64,000 bases of DNA from NCBI GenBank assembly GCA_964016885.1, contig OZ024740.1, positions 235,600,001 to 235,664,000 on the forward strand, in the 5' to 3' direction. Position numbers and translations under genes: made by a program. Origin of the DNA: Eledone cirrhosa (Eukaryota). This document shows positions 24,506-38,745 of this stretch, in pieces (position 1 is the stretch's first letter; the number at the start of each line of letters is the position of its first letter). The notes below the pieces were generated by a model, which made no database searches, had not been told where the DNA came from, and worked only from the letters and a program-made list of their open reading frames with translations.

Positions 24506-25730
24506 ACATTGTTTAGATGGCAAATATAAGCCAACACCCCATTTTTTCAATGATCCTACTAGCAATGATTCAGTTAGTTTCAAATCCCACTAAATTAAAC
24601 TGTCTACATATAATATATTTAATGTGGATAAACATCATTACATTAAAATTAATATATTTAATGATGAAAGGTACGAAAGTAACAAATGTATTGTCTGATC
24701 CAGAAATAATTTGTCTATTATTATCTTATTTATTGTTTATTTTTGTTGCTATAAAAGAGGTGTTAATGCAAAATGGAAGAGTGGAAAAGATATTACTCAT
24801 ATATTTGAAGTTCATAACTGCTGCAGATGTTTCATATATTTCTGGATCAAACACTCTATCTTATATTGCCTCAATTCTCCTAATTGCTATGAAGAAGAAT
24901 TATCAGATTATTTGGAGAAACCAATTTCACATCTGCTAAACATCATAAAAGATCATCTGGGCAATGCTGAAGCTAAGAAGTCTATTTGTTATGGTAAATT
25001 TGAAGAAAAAATAAGCACTACAAGTACCAAAATTCTAGTTTAATAAATAACTTTACTTCACTTCACAAAAGATTCAATTGATAATGTTCAGTATGAAAAA
25101 ATGGTTCAGTCTGTCTCTGTGTATGTGGAGACATCATTTATATATTGTTGGGACAAATCCTTTTAAAAAATACAAGGCTTAGTCAAACAGAGTGTGTGTG
25201 ATGGCAAAGTCTTGTAGAAGCCGAATCTTTGCATGATGAGCAAACAGGTGATATGTTGCAAACTGTTTAGGCCAGAATCCCTGCTATCTTATATAATGAT
25301 TGTTTATTACTTAGAACTATCTAATTTTGCATCATGATTCTTCCATAGGTAAAAGTTATCTACATTAATTTCTCTGAGGTCACAAGTCAGAAACTTTTCC
25401 TTGCTACAATGCTACTTGGTATCTTACCCAGGAGCAGATTTATCTCTCATAATAGTTTCTCCAGTCGAACAAGAAATTTATTTTAAATTACCTCATTTCT
25501 CCTTGCTGTGCTAAAGAATAGATACAAGATTATTTAGCATGTCACCTGTGATAGATTGCTATCTTATCCAGGGTCAGATCTTTTCCCTCTTATCTGCTAA
25601 ACACTATTTATCTTTATATTTGTTATATATTGACATAAGAATAAGACCAATAACAACCTTTACTAATACATAGAGTGTTAGTAATGAACCCTAGCCTGTC
25701 ACATGGGCTCTGCAATGCTTATAGTATAGA

Positions 25731-26366
25731 CTAGAGATTCCCAAACTTGTTTGTCTATCACCCCTTTTTAGATAATATATGTCATCAGTGCTCCCACTGT
25801 AAAGATGATAAAAAGTTATACATAAAAACTTATTTATTTAATAAATTTAAACGCCCATACAGAGTTAGTAAGCCATGACAGATTTGGGAAGGTTTCTAGT
25901 AACGCTTCAGTTGAGAAACAAAAACATGAGAGAGACAGAGAGAGAGAAAGAGAAAAATGTCAATGAAAAGGTAAAAGATACATAAATAAAATTAAAAAAA
26001 AAGTTTCTTTCTGTTGTTATATCTTTTTGTAGCCTCAATGTATTTCTTTGCACCGTTTACAATATGGCCACTGACACTACTATAGAATTTCAGAACTGTG
26101 TCAGTGACCAGGTCGCAAACTCTGCATTGAAAATTTTGACAAAAAAATTAATCATAAATATACATTGAAAATAAAATTTTAATATATCTTTATTTAAAGC
26201 ATTTTTTTTTTTAATAAGTAATTAGTAACTTGTATTCTTTGCTTCTTTTATCCCTCACCACTCCATGCCCCTCCACACCCCTATCATTCCCTTGCCATCC
26301 AGTGCTCCTTTTGAGACTTTCGTTACTTGAAAGAGAGTGATAACATCCATTTTGGGAATTACTAGG
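25731..26366. mobile_element. Possible old hAT-type non-autonomous element
   Basis: CTAGAGATTCCCAAA ... TTTGGGAATTACTAG imperfect terminal inverted repeats; TSD unclear. Confidence 0.35.
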
Positions 26367-26387
26367 GTAGACACACTCTAACTACTA

Positions 26388-26660
26388 GACATGTAGCCTA
26401 GTGGTAAGGGTGTTGGACTTATGATCATAATGTTGTGGGTTCGATTCCTGGGCTGTGTGTTGTGTTCTTGAGCAAAACACTTCATTTCACATTGCTCCAG
26501 TATCCTCAGTTGAAAATGAATATAAGTAGTAGCTGGGAGTTTATCCCTATGATGGACTAGCATCCTACCCAGGAGGAGTCTTATACTCTCAGTCACTTAA
26601 CATGAAGGAAACTGGGTTAAGCACCAGCCTAATGAGCCTCTGGGCTTGAGACAGACTTTA
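26388..26660 (+). mobile_element. Older tRNA-derived SINE related to family 2
   Basis: TAGCCTAGTGGTAAG..GGTTCGATTCC..CTTGAGCAAAACAC. Confidence 0.7.
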
Positions 26661-26887
26661 GACAATTAACTATCAACAGCCCAGTTCATCTAGCTGTAAG
26701 TTGGTACCACACTGTAGTGTAGACTAATATACTATGTCCATGACCAAAACACTTAACTGTCAACAGTCCAGTCCACTTAAGTATCTACCTGTTTATAGCA
26801 CAGTTAACTGTACTGTGTACATAGTTAAGACAATCAACATTCTAATTCCCTTAGCTGTATGTAGGTACCACAATGTGGTTATACTCT

Positions 26888-27070
26888 GCAGTGGATTGGC
26901 AGTATCAGTAGAGCATCAGACACCATGCTTTGCAGCATGGAGTTATGGCCCTTTACGTTTGAGTTCAAATCCCGCCGAGGTTGACTTTGCCTTTCATCCT
27001 TCCGGGGTCAATAAAATAAAGTACCAGTAATGCACTGGGGTAATTGCTGGCCTTGTGCCAAAAGTAGAAA
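26888..27070 (+). mobile_element. SINE family 1
   Basis: Homology to 24320-24505. Confidence 0.9.
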
Positions 27071-27705
27071 CGCTTATATTATAGTATGTTTATGATCAAC
27101 CAATACACATAGCGGTTAACAGCCCACAAAATGGTATAGTTCTCTTATTGTACTCATGACTAAAACATTTAACTTACAACAATCCAGTCTACCAGAGCCA
27201 ATGGCATGTAAAGGTTTGGTGGTGCCAGCACCAATTCTTTGACTGTATGCCGCTAAAGCTCAAGTATAGGTCCTAGTACTGAGAAATGTGAACTAGGAAG
27301 ACATTTTTAATATGTAAAAACAGATGAAACCTGAAATAAACACTCTATTGAAATTAATTCAAAATCAACCACATTTATCAAGTCCAGTTCCCAAAGCCAG
27401 ATCACCTGTTAGAAAAAAAAAAAGTATTCATGTCATTCTGTAAGTTTGAGTATAGGTATTGAATTTTCAGTTAATAAATTCCTTAGTTTTTTGATCTGGG
27501 CACAGATTTTGGATGTGTGCTTTAGAAATCTAAGTGGGTGCTATGTACAGTAGCCATATCAAATGGAGACCCCTATGTGACTCTTTGGTTGGATACCCCC
27601 ACGATTTGACCTGATATTGATGCCCAGCGCCATCACACCCTCTTCCCCAACTCTTTGCATGCTACTGACCAGGGTTATAAGTAGGTACCATTATGTGGTA
27701 TACAT

Positions 27706-27816
27706 GAGTTCAAATCCCGCCGAGGTTAACTTTGCCTTTTGTCCTTACGGGGTCAATAAAATAAAGTACCAGTAATGTACTGGGTAATTGCTGGCCTTGT
27801 GCCAATAGTAGAAACA
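27706..27816 (+). mobile_element. 5'-truncated SINE family 1 with 16 bp TSD
   Basis: ATTATGTGGTATACAT at 27690-27705 and 27817-27832. Confidence 0.88.
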
Positions 27817-28221
27817 ATTATGTGGTATACATTCATTATAATCTGTCTTTGACCTAGGCATGTAACTGTCAACAGTCCACCCACTTGTATGTACAAGAGT
27901 GGGCTGATTATGAAGTAGTGATGTTATTGCTGTGAAATGTTGCATACAATAATTTCAACTCTTCTTATTAATAACTGTATTGTTTCTTTCCAGGGAGTAT
28001 GTTAAAAAATAAACCACATTTGGTCATTCCATGAGAGTATCTTGGTCAGCCTATGAACTTTTCTGTTGACCCTTATAGGTACCATTTTGTGGTATAGTTA
28101 ACTGTACTGTGTCTATGACAAAGTCACTTAACTGCCAAATTTATTTAGCTACATGTGGCAGGGTTAACCCAGTGTTAAACAAAACAACAATAACTTTTCA
28201 TATTAAAATTAGAAGGATAGA

Positions 28222-28408
28222 TATGAAAGTCAGCTGAAAAGTTCATATGCTGATCAAGATACTCTTTTCTAGTCAACATAGTCATTGGAAAAAAACAAAA
28301 CAATGCAATTATTAACAAGAAGAGTTGAAATTAATACATACAAGATTTCACAGCTCTAGCATCAATCCTTCATAGTCAGCCTATGAACTTTTCAGCTGAC
28401 CCTCATAG
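28222..28408. mobile_element. Mariner-type MITE
   Basis: TA-TGA..GTCAGCTGAAAAGTTCATA ... TATGAACTTTTCAGCTGACCCTCA-TA. Related copies at 27950-28079 and 45891-46076. Confidence 0.7.
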
Positions 28409-28914
28409 GTAGGAAGTAGAATTTTCCCTACTCCTTGACCTAAATGAATAAAGGTGCTGATGGTAACAACCCTTGAAAATATTTATGGTGGGGCCCCATG
28501 TAATTCCTTTCATTGATAATCAGATCTAACATCACTCCTTCATAGTCAGCCTATGAACTTTTCAGCTGACCCTCATAGGTAGGAAGTAGAATTTTCCCTG
28601 CTCCTTGACCTAAATGAGTAAAGGTGCTGATGGTAACAACCCTTGAACATATTTATGGTGGGGCCCCATGTAATTCCTTTCATTGCTAATCAGATCTAAC
28701 ATCACTCCTTCATAGTCAGCCTATGAACTTTTCAGCTGACCCTCATAGGTAGGAAGTAGAATTTTCCCTGCTCCTTGACCTAAATGAGTAAAGGTGCTGA
28801 TGGTAACAACCCTTGAACATATTTATGGTGGGGCCCCCATGTAATTCCTTTCATTGCTAATCAGATCTAACATCACTCCTTCATAGTCAGCCTATGAACT
28901 TTTCAGCCCACCCT
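28367..28914. repeat. 170 bp tandem repeat (~3.2 units) containing the mariner TIR
   Basis: Units start at 28367, 28537, 28707 and 28878 and are nearly identical. Confidence 0.95.
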
Positions 28915-29944
28915 CCCCTCGTATGTATTGTAGCAAGCCATCCCAATAAAAGGCAAAGTGATAGAGGCTTTTATGGAAAAGCAATACCTTAATGGCAGAT
29001 TAAAATGAGTCAGTGTATGTGTGAGACTCTTGATATATTAGTGGACATCTTAACATGTCTATCATTATCACAAGAAATTACAATGATGTATCACAAGACA
29101 AAACAATACTCAACTCACAAACATGATCAATTTTGGTTTTATTTTCTTGTTTTATTTGCTCATAATATGAACATGCACATGCACACACACCACACAGACT
29201 TACACAAGCATAAATATAATTGCGTGTATATATATATATATATATATACATGTGTATATATATTTATATATATATATATATGTGTATGTATATATATATA
29301 TTATTGTATTTACACATATTTTTTTTCCATGCTGCCATTCGTGTTTCGTTTGTATCTTTACCCCTTCTAGCAGTCTCTCTCTCTGTTAGCCTCCTCCTCA
29401 ACTTTCACTCACTCATTCTCTGTCACTACCTCTCCTCCTCCTCTTTCCTCCTCCTCCTTCAAGTTTGACCTGTGTGTAATTCTTTTCTCGCGCGGTCTTG
29501 ACCAAGCTGGTATGGAATTTTTTTCTCTCTCTCTTTCGTCTGCGACTTCACAAAACTTACGTTTACTGAATTCGTAGAACAGACCCCTTTATTTTCTTCT
29601 TCTTCTTCTTCTTCTTCTTCCTCTTCTCTCCTTTTTCTCTCTCTCTTTTTCCCCCCCCCGTCAAACTTGGGCGAAATTCTTTCCTTGCTCACATTTCAAC
29701 CAGGTTTGATGGTCTTTTGTCTCTTGTTCACGATTTCACAGAGTTTATATTCATAGAGATCTGGGACTTGTCTATTTCTACTCACTTTCCGTTGCTAAAA
29801 CTTTTTTGTTGTTACTCTGGCGTCCCCCTTTATTTACGTGTCCCAACGACTTTTTTTAGCCGTTGTTCGCACCAACCCGAGGCATATGGCCCTTAAAGCG
29901 ATGAAATGCCCAGGACGGTTGGAGGGTCACTGATGAAGGACTCA

Positions 29945-29994
<50 letters not shown>

Positions 29995-30036
29995 CATATA
30001 TATATATGTGTGTGTATATATGTATATATACATGTA

Positions 30037-30378
30037 TCATCATCATTTCATTTCATTTTACGTCCACTTTTCCCTGCTTGCAAGGGTGGGACGGGAACTG
30101 ATTCTGGCTTGATTTCTACAGCTGGGTGCCCTTCCTAACACCAACCTCATTTACAGTGAGTGCTGGGTGCTTTTTTGCCGTGGCACCTCCACGACCAATT
30201 TGCAGTGGAATGATAGGGATCCTAGTCCCTATCATCTCATTTCTACAGCTGAGTAAACTGGAGCAATGTGAAATAAAGTGTCTTGCTCAAGGAAACAACA
30301 CATCACCCAGTCTGAGAATTGAACTCACAACCTTTCGATTGCAAGGCCAATGCTCTAACCTCTAAGCCATGTGCCTCC
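30037..30378 (-). mobile_element. SINE family 2
   Basis: Homology to 11659-12026. Confidence 0.9.
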
Positions 30379-30440
30379 TGTATATATATGTATATATATA
30401 TATGTATATATATGTATATATATATGTATATATATATATA

Positions 30441-31478
30441 TCATCAATCATCATCATCATCATCAACGTTTAACGTCCGTGTTCCACGCTTGCATGGGTT
30501 TGGACGGGGGTAGTCCCACTTGAGGCAAGAGTGATTGTCTTGCTCGCATAGGACTGTCTGGCAGGTTTTCTACAGTTGGATGCCCTTCCTAACACCAACC
30601 ACATTTACAGTGTGGGTCTGGGAGGTTTTTACCGTGTTGCCTACACGGCCACATTACAGCGTGGACTGTGTGTTTTTTTGTCGTGACACCTACACGATCT
30701 CATTTGTTTCGGCCTGGATGGCGTGGCACCAACATAACTTTACATAGAACGGGGTGGTGTGGATGGGGTGGGGGTGGTGGCGGGACGGGGTGTATTTTGT
30801 TACAGATGCCTACTGGCAAGGCGGGTCTTCTCTGTTACTGAGTACCGCCAAAGGTCTCGGTCCAGTGACATTGTCTTGGAGAGGTGTAAGTGTGTGAGGT
30901 CGGAGTTTATCAGCTCATCCCAGGTTTTTCTAGGTCTGCCTATTCCGTGGCTACCGTCTATCTTTATTGCCCTGCACTTTGTTATACAGCTATCGACTTT
31001 CATGCGCATCACGTGTCCATACCAACGCAGCCTTCTCTCGAGTAAACAACATCTGATCCCTCTTATCTCTAATTTTTTCCTTAGTTCGTTTATGCTTTGC
31101 CGTTCACGTATATTACTGTTACACATCCAGCGGAGCATGCAAGCTTCGTTCCTCTCTAGTCTGCGTATATCCTCTGCACACAATGCCCAGGTCTCACTAC
31201 CATGCAACATTGCTGTTCGTATGCAGGCATCGTACAACCTGCCTTTCATTTTTAGGGAGAACCCTTTAGCAGCTAATAGTGGTATAAGCTCTCTGAACTT
31301 TTTCCAACCAGTTCTGACTCTAGCTACAGTACTTTCAGAGCACCCTCCCCCACTGCTGATTTTATCGCCCAGGTAACGGAAGCTGTCCACTATTTCTATA
31401 GAACCCTCTGCGCAATTGAAAGAGCTAGTATTTGTGGGCACTTGCTGCTACTTATTGCACCAGAACACCGGCCACATG
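30441..31478 (-). mobile_element. 5'-truncated RTE LINE with an open 213 aa RT C-terminal frame (30800-31441)
   Basis: IEIVDSFRYLGD..MLHGSETWAL..ERRLRWYGHVMRM..GRPRKTWDE, then 3' UTR and (GAT)n tail. Confidence 0.92.
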
Positions 31479-31546
31479 TACATATGTATATATATGTATA
31501 TATATATATATATATGTATATATATGTGATATGTATATATATATTT

Positions 31547-31668
31547 AGTGAAGGCGTGTGGCTGAGTGGTTAGAGAATTGGATTCGCAATCATAAGGTTG
31601 TGAGTTCGAATATTGGACCAGGCGATGCGTTATGTCCTTGAGCAAGACACTTTATTTCACGTTGCTCC
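31547..31668 (+). mobile_element. SINE family 2-like head fragment
   Basis: TGGCTGAGTGGTTAGAG..GAGTTCGAAT..CCTTGAGCAAGACAC. Confidence 0.75.
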
Positions 31669-31820
31669 TTCTACCTGGAGTTGGTACAGATAGATAGTAT
31701 TAGCAATTGGAAAGACCAACGGAAACATTGTTCCCTCGGTCCGATTTGACGAAAGTCGATCGTTCCTTTTTTTATATATATGCATATATATATATGTATA
31801 TATATATGTATATATATGTG

Positions 31821-31859
<39 letters not shown>

Positions 31860-31861
<2 letters not shown>

Positions 31862-32566
31862 GTAGTGAGACCTGGGCGCTGAAGATGGAAGACTTACGTA
31901 GATTAGAGAGAAACGAAGACTGCATGCTCCGATGGTTGTGTAATAGTAATATACGCGAATGACAAAGCATAAATGAATTGAGACAGAGACTGAGCATAAG
32001 AGGAATCAAATGCTGTGTGCAGGAGAGGTGGATGCGTTGGTATGGACATGTGATGCGTATGAAGGATGACAGCTGCATAAAAAGGTGCAGAGCGCTAGAA
32101 GTCGATGGAAACCGCGGAGTGGGGAGACCCAAGATGACCTGGGATGAGGTGATAAAAGCCGACCTTACCCAATTACACCTCTCAAAGGCAATGACACACA
32201 ACCGTGACCTCTGGCGTCATGCAGTAATACAGAGTACCTGACCTCCCATGGGTACAAGCTGAAGCATATAGACAATATGCCCCCACACCCTCCCACTGCA
32301 AGGTGGTCGTGGAGGTGCCATGGCAAAAAAGCACCCAGCCCACACTGTAAAGTGGATGTGTAGGCGCCACGAAAAAGCACCCAGCACTCACTGTCAATGA
32401 GGTTGGTGTTAGGAAGGGCATCCAGCTGTAGAAATCAAGCCAGATCAGTTCCTGTATGAGCAAGGCATGGTCAGCCGACCAGACACTGCCCACAACAGGA
32501 AAACCCGTCTAAACCATGCTAGCGTGGAAGAACGGACGTAAAACGGTGATGATGATGATGATGATG
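31860..32566 (+). mobile_element. 5'-truncated RTE LINE (second subfamily)
   Basis: SETWALKMEDLRRLERNE..WYGHVMRMKDDSCIKRC..GRPKMTWDEVIK, one in-frame stop, (GAT)n tail. Confidence 0.9.
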
Positions 32567-33714
<1,148 letters not shown>

Positions 33715-34316
33715 TGTCAGGTCACCAGTTGGTGCTACTGGTAACATGTATCCCAGTACAACCTGTCTCATGGTCGGGTCATTGGCGATTAAACTGGCAA
33801 CCCCACCAAGGTTTCTTGGTGAGGAGGGTGACTTTGGACATCCTGCAGGACTAAAAACAAAACCTGTCAAAGGAGCTCTTAAGAGTCAATGGCCATCCAA
33901 AATCACCGGGAGAGATGACCCCTTAGCCTTTGTCAAGGCAGAATTCTAGGAGAAGGAAAACTCTGATATAACACCTGCAACCCTGATGGTATCCAATGAT
34001 GTTGACTTGGTCTTCTTTTTGGTAAATATCTTCTTGGTTAAGAGAGTGAGACTGGCTTTGTGCAGTGCCTTTGCTCACTATAAAAGCTTCACGGCACAGG
34101 CAATGCTTTATCTCTGGAGATCTCTCTGCACTTGTCGTCACATGGTACCATGGGCCCAGCACTATGTGTCAATAATTGTCACAGGTGTAGTGTTTGTACC
34201 AGAGTTTTCAAGTCGCTGGCTGGACTAAAAAGTCACACTCGTTCAGCACATCGGTAGGGGTTCTCTTACATGGATATAAAGTAGTGGCCGTACTCGAAAA
34301 CGAGTTGGCAGCCACC

Positions 34317-34356
<40 letters not shown>

Positions 34357-34567
34357 GTCTGTATATATATATATGTATATATGTATGTATATATATATAT
34401 ATATATATGTATGTATATATATATATGTATGTATATATATATATATGTCTGTATATATATATATGTATATATGTATGTATATATATATATATATATGTAT
34501 GTATATATATATATGTATGTATATAGATATATGTATGTATATATATATATATGTATGTATATATATG

Positions 34568-34604
<37 letters not shown>

Positions 34605-35074
34605 GTATGTATATATATATGTATGGGAGAGATGACCCCTTAGCCTTTGTCAAGGCAGAATTCTAGGAGAAGGAAAACTCTGATATAACACCTGCAACCC
34701 TGATGGTATCCAATGATGTTGACTTGTTCTTCTTTTTGGTAAATATCATCTTGGTTAAGAGAGTGGGACTGGCTTTGTGCAGTACCTTTGCTCACTATAA
34801 AAGCTTCACGGCACAGGCATTGCTTTATATCTGGAGATCTCTCTGCACTTGTCATCACATGGTACCATGGGCCCAGCACTATGTGTCAATAATTGTCACA
34901 AGTGTAGTGTTTGTACCAGAGTTTTCAAGTCGCTGGCTGGACTAAAACGTCACACTCGTTCAGCGCATCGGTAGGGGTTCTCCTACATGGATATAAAGTA
35001 GTGGCCGTACTCGAAAACGAGTTGGCAGTCACCATGTGTATATATATATATGTATCTATATATATATATGTATG

Positions 35075-35110
<36 letters not shown>

Positions 35111-35638
35111 TGTATGTATATATATATATATATATGTATGTATATATATATATATATATATGTATGTATATATATATATATATATGTATGTATATATATA
35201 TATATATTTTTTTTTGTATGTATATATATATATATATGTATGTATATATATATATATGTATGTATATATATATGTATGTATATATATATATGTATGTATA
35301 TATATATATATGTATGTATATATATATATGTATGTATGTATATATATATATGTATGTATGTATATATATGTATGTATGTATATATATATATGTATGTATA
35401 TATATATATATATATATATTTATGTATGTATGTATATATATATGTATATGTATGTATATATATATATATGTATGTATATATATATATATATATATGTATG
35501 TATATATATATATGTATGTATATATATATATATGTATGTATATATATATATATGCATGTATATATATATATATATATATGTATGTATATATATATATGTA
35601 TGTATATATATATATGTATGTATATATATATGTGTATG

Positions 35639-35703
<65 letters not shown>

Positions 35704-35932
35704 ATGTATATATATATATGTATGTATATATATATGTATGTATATATATATATATATGTATGTATATATATATATGTATGTATGTATATATATATATGTA
35801 TGTATATATATATATATGTATGTATGTATATATATATATATATGTATGTATGTATATATATATATATATGTATGTATATATATGCATGTATGTATATATA
35901 TGCATGTATGTATATATATATATATATGTATG

Positions 35933-35963
<31 letters not shown>

Positions 35964-36718
35964 GTATGTATATATATATATGTATGTATATATATATATG
36001 TATATATATATATGCATGTATGTATATATATATATATGTATGTATATATATATATGCATGTATGTATATATATATATATGTATGTATATATATATGTATG
36101 TATATATATATATATGTGTATATATATGTCAGGTCACCAGTTGGTGCTACTGGTAACATGTATCCCAGTACAACCTGTCTCATGGTCGGGTCGTTGGCGA
36201 CTAAACTGGCAACCCCACCAAGGTTTCTTGGTGAGGAGGGTGACTTTGGACATCCTGCAGGACTAAAAACAAAACCTGTCAAAGAGTCAATGGCCATCCA
36301 AAATCACCGGGAGAGATGACCCCTTAGCCTTTGTCAAGGCAGAATTCTAGGAGAAGGAAAACTCTGATATAACACCTGCAACCCTGACGTTATCCAATGA
36401 TGTTGACTTGTTCTTCTTTTTGGTAAATATCATCTTGGTTAAGAGAGTGGGACTGGCTTTGTGCAGTGCCTTTGCTCACTATAAAAGCTTCACGGCACAA
36501 GCATTGCTTTATATCTGGAGATCCCTCTGCACTTGTCGTCACATGGAACCATGGGCCCAGCACTATGTGTCAATAATTGTCACAAGTGTAGTGTTTGTAA
36601 CAGAGTTTTCAAGTCGCTGGCTGGACTAAAAAGTCACACTCGTTCAGCGCATCGGTAGGGGTTCTCCTACATGGATATAAAGTAGTGGCCGTACTCGAAA
36701 ACGAGTTGGCAGCCACCA
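33715..36718 (+). mobile_element. Three direct copies of an unclassified ~600 bp non-coding element separated by TA/TATG tracts
   Basis: Copies at 33715-34317, 34625-35034 (left-truncated) and 36127-36718. All share the right end GGCAG(C/T)CACCA. Confidence 0.8.
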
Positions 36719-36758
36719 TGTGTATATATATATATATATGTATGTATATATATATATG

Positions 36759-36790
<32 letters not shown>

Positions 36791-36820
36791 TGTATGTATA
36801 TATGTATATATATATGTATA

Positions 36821-36869
<49 letters not shown>

Positions 36870-36898
36870 GTATGTATGTATATATGTATATATATATG

Positions 36899-36929
<31 letters not shown>

Positions 36930-36951
36930 ATATATATGTATATATGTATGG

Positions 36952-37006
<55 letters not shown>

Positions 37007-37950
37007 TATACGCACCTGCACCTGCAATAATTCCTGGAAATAAACAAAATAGTTGGGTGGGTGAGGGGACAAGATGATATAGTAGGGAGCTGAGAAGAAA
37101 GGTTGGTTGACAGAAAAATCAATGTGTAAATTATGGTTGGAGTGGTGATTGCATGTGGTGGGGGAGAGGTAGTGGTGGTGAGGTAGTTTGGTGTTGGTGT
37201 ACTGAGGGGGGGGGGGGATGGTGATGCATTATATAGTTGTAGACATAATGGTGTTGAGGTGGTAGTAGTAGTAGTAGTTAATTCCAGGTCAACTCTGATT
37301 TGGTAGACAAATAACCAAATGTATTTCAGCCTTGACTGGTGATGATCTCATCTTTTGTCTTTTTCCTTTGTTCACATATGTAATCTAGGATCACATCAAC
37401 TACCTATGTCATTTGGTCAAACAGAAAGGTGCAACTTGAAAAACATTTGGTTTCTATTTCTAGCAGATCCAGCAACCACATAGGCGCTTCCTGGTGCATA
37501 TTGGTTGGTGTAATGGCTCATAAAAAAAGAGATGGTAGAGATGAGGTGTGATGAAGAGGTGGGCTTTTGTAATGTGGTGGTGGTGGTGGTGATGGTGGGC
37601 ATGGTAAGCTGGTGACTCATTCTGGTTATTAGATAAACCTGTTTATTGTTCTGAGGTTGCTATTACTTACAACTGGCACCTGCTACAACAGCAACAACAC
37701 TGGCTAGCCAAATGAAGGAACTTCTGCATGGTTCCAACGTAGCCATCATCCTCACCACCACCAGCACTCCTACCAACACTATTGCTTCTACAAGCATCCT
37801 TTACAAATGCCTTTGCCCTGCTAGAAATAGCAGGCATATCAAACCCTATGATCTTAAAAAAGAAGGACACATTGAGCAATGGAGTCCTTGATATGACAGT
37901 TTGGTCATGGTTGGAATGCTGTATTACTTGGTTAAACAAGGGAAACAATA

Positions 37951-38096
37951 ATAATTGTTTCTACTTTGGGCACAAGGCCAGCAATTACCCCGGTGCTTTA
38001 CTGGTACTTTATTTTATCGACCCCGTAAGGATGAAAGGCAAAGTTAACCTCGGCGGGATTTGAACTCAGATCATAAAGGGAGGTAACTCTATGCTC
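37951..38096 (-). mobile_element. SINE family 1 (5'-truncated)
   Basis: Homology to 4047-4236. Confidence 0.85.
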
Positions 38097-38369
38097 AAAA
38101 CAGGAACCTTTTCATGGTCACTTGAACTGCTAGAAATAGCAACTAAATTTCCTTCAAATCACATTCTATGGATTTATAAAAAGGAAGAACACATTAGATA
38201 ATATAACCTTAAATACCACTATAACAATGGGATAGCTGTGACTGAAATGCATTCAATTTTAGATCTGCTTAATCAAGATTGTCCTAGGGCTAAACAGCAG
38301 CAACAATGATAAGCAGAATTACGCAACACAATCCTCCTTCTCCCCCTCCTCCTTCTCATCATCATCACC

Positions 38370-38745
38370 ACGAGGTCTTGGTTGGCAAATTTGGACTCAT
38401 TCCATGATCTTTGCAACTCTTTCTTCAAGTTATTGTCTTGAAGGGTCTTCATTGATTTCCAGAACAGTTTGCGTGATTTTAAGCGCATGTTGGGAAGGTT
38501 TTCCAGGTCTTCATGGATGTGATGGTCAGGCTTGGACTCAGTAAGATGTGCGGCCTCGCAGATCATCTCCTGATGACACATATGAGAAAGGGTAGTCAGC
38601 CACTTCATAGTTGTAGATTTCAGTGTACCAGCTACTATTCTCATTGCTGAGTTGAGGATGGTGTCAACATGCTTGGTATGGCAGCTCTCTGTCCAGACTG
38701 CTAAACAGTACCCTGCAACTGAGTACACCAGTGCTAAACATGCAG
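38370..38745 (-). pseudogene. Non-LTR RT C-terminal fragment, I/Ingi/Vingi-like
   Basis: ALVYSVAGYCLAVW..HTKHVDTILNSAMRIVAGTLKST..WL..RLKSRKLF. Clade assignment is from recalled motif similarity. Confidence 0.65.

Noticed and set aside
24517-25460. ORFs of 140 and 110 aa as a host exon or transposase
   Set aside because: No motif I can recognise with confidence; possibly a very old transposase remnant.
29926-29947. GGTCA-CTGATGA-AGGA as a hammerhead
   Set aside because: No stem II closure or GAAA before the (TA)n tract; at most a truncated remnant.
38570-38600. CTGATGA...GAAA inside the RT fragment (also CTGATGA at about 9523, 21931, 42085 and 55342)
   Set aside because: No proper stem II or stem I pairing; chance matches in coding or GAT-rich sequence.
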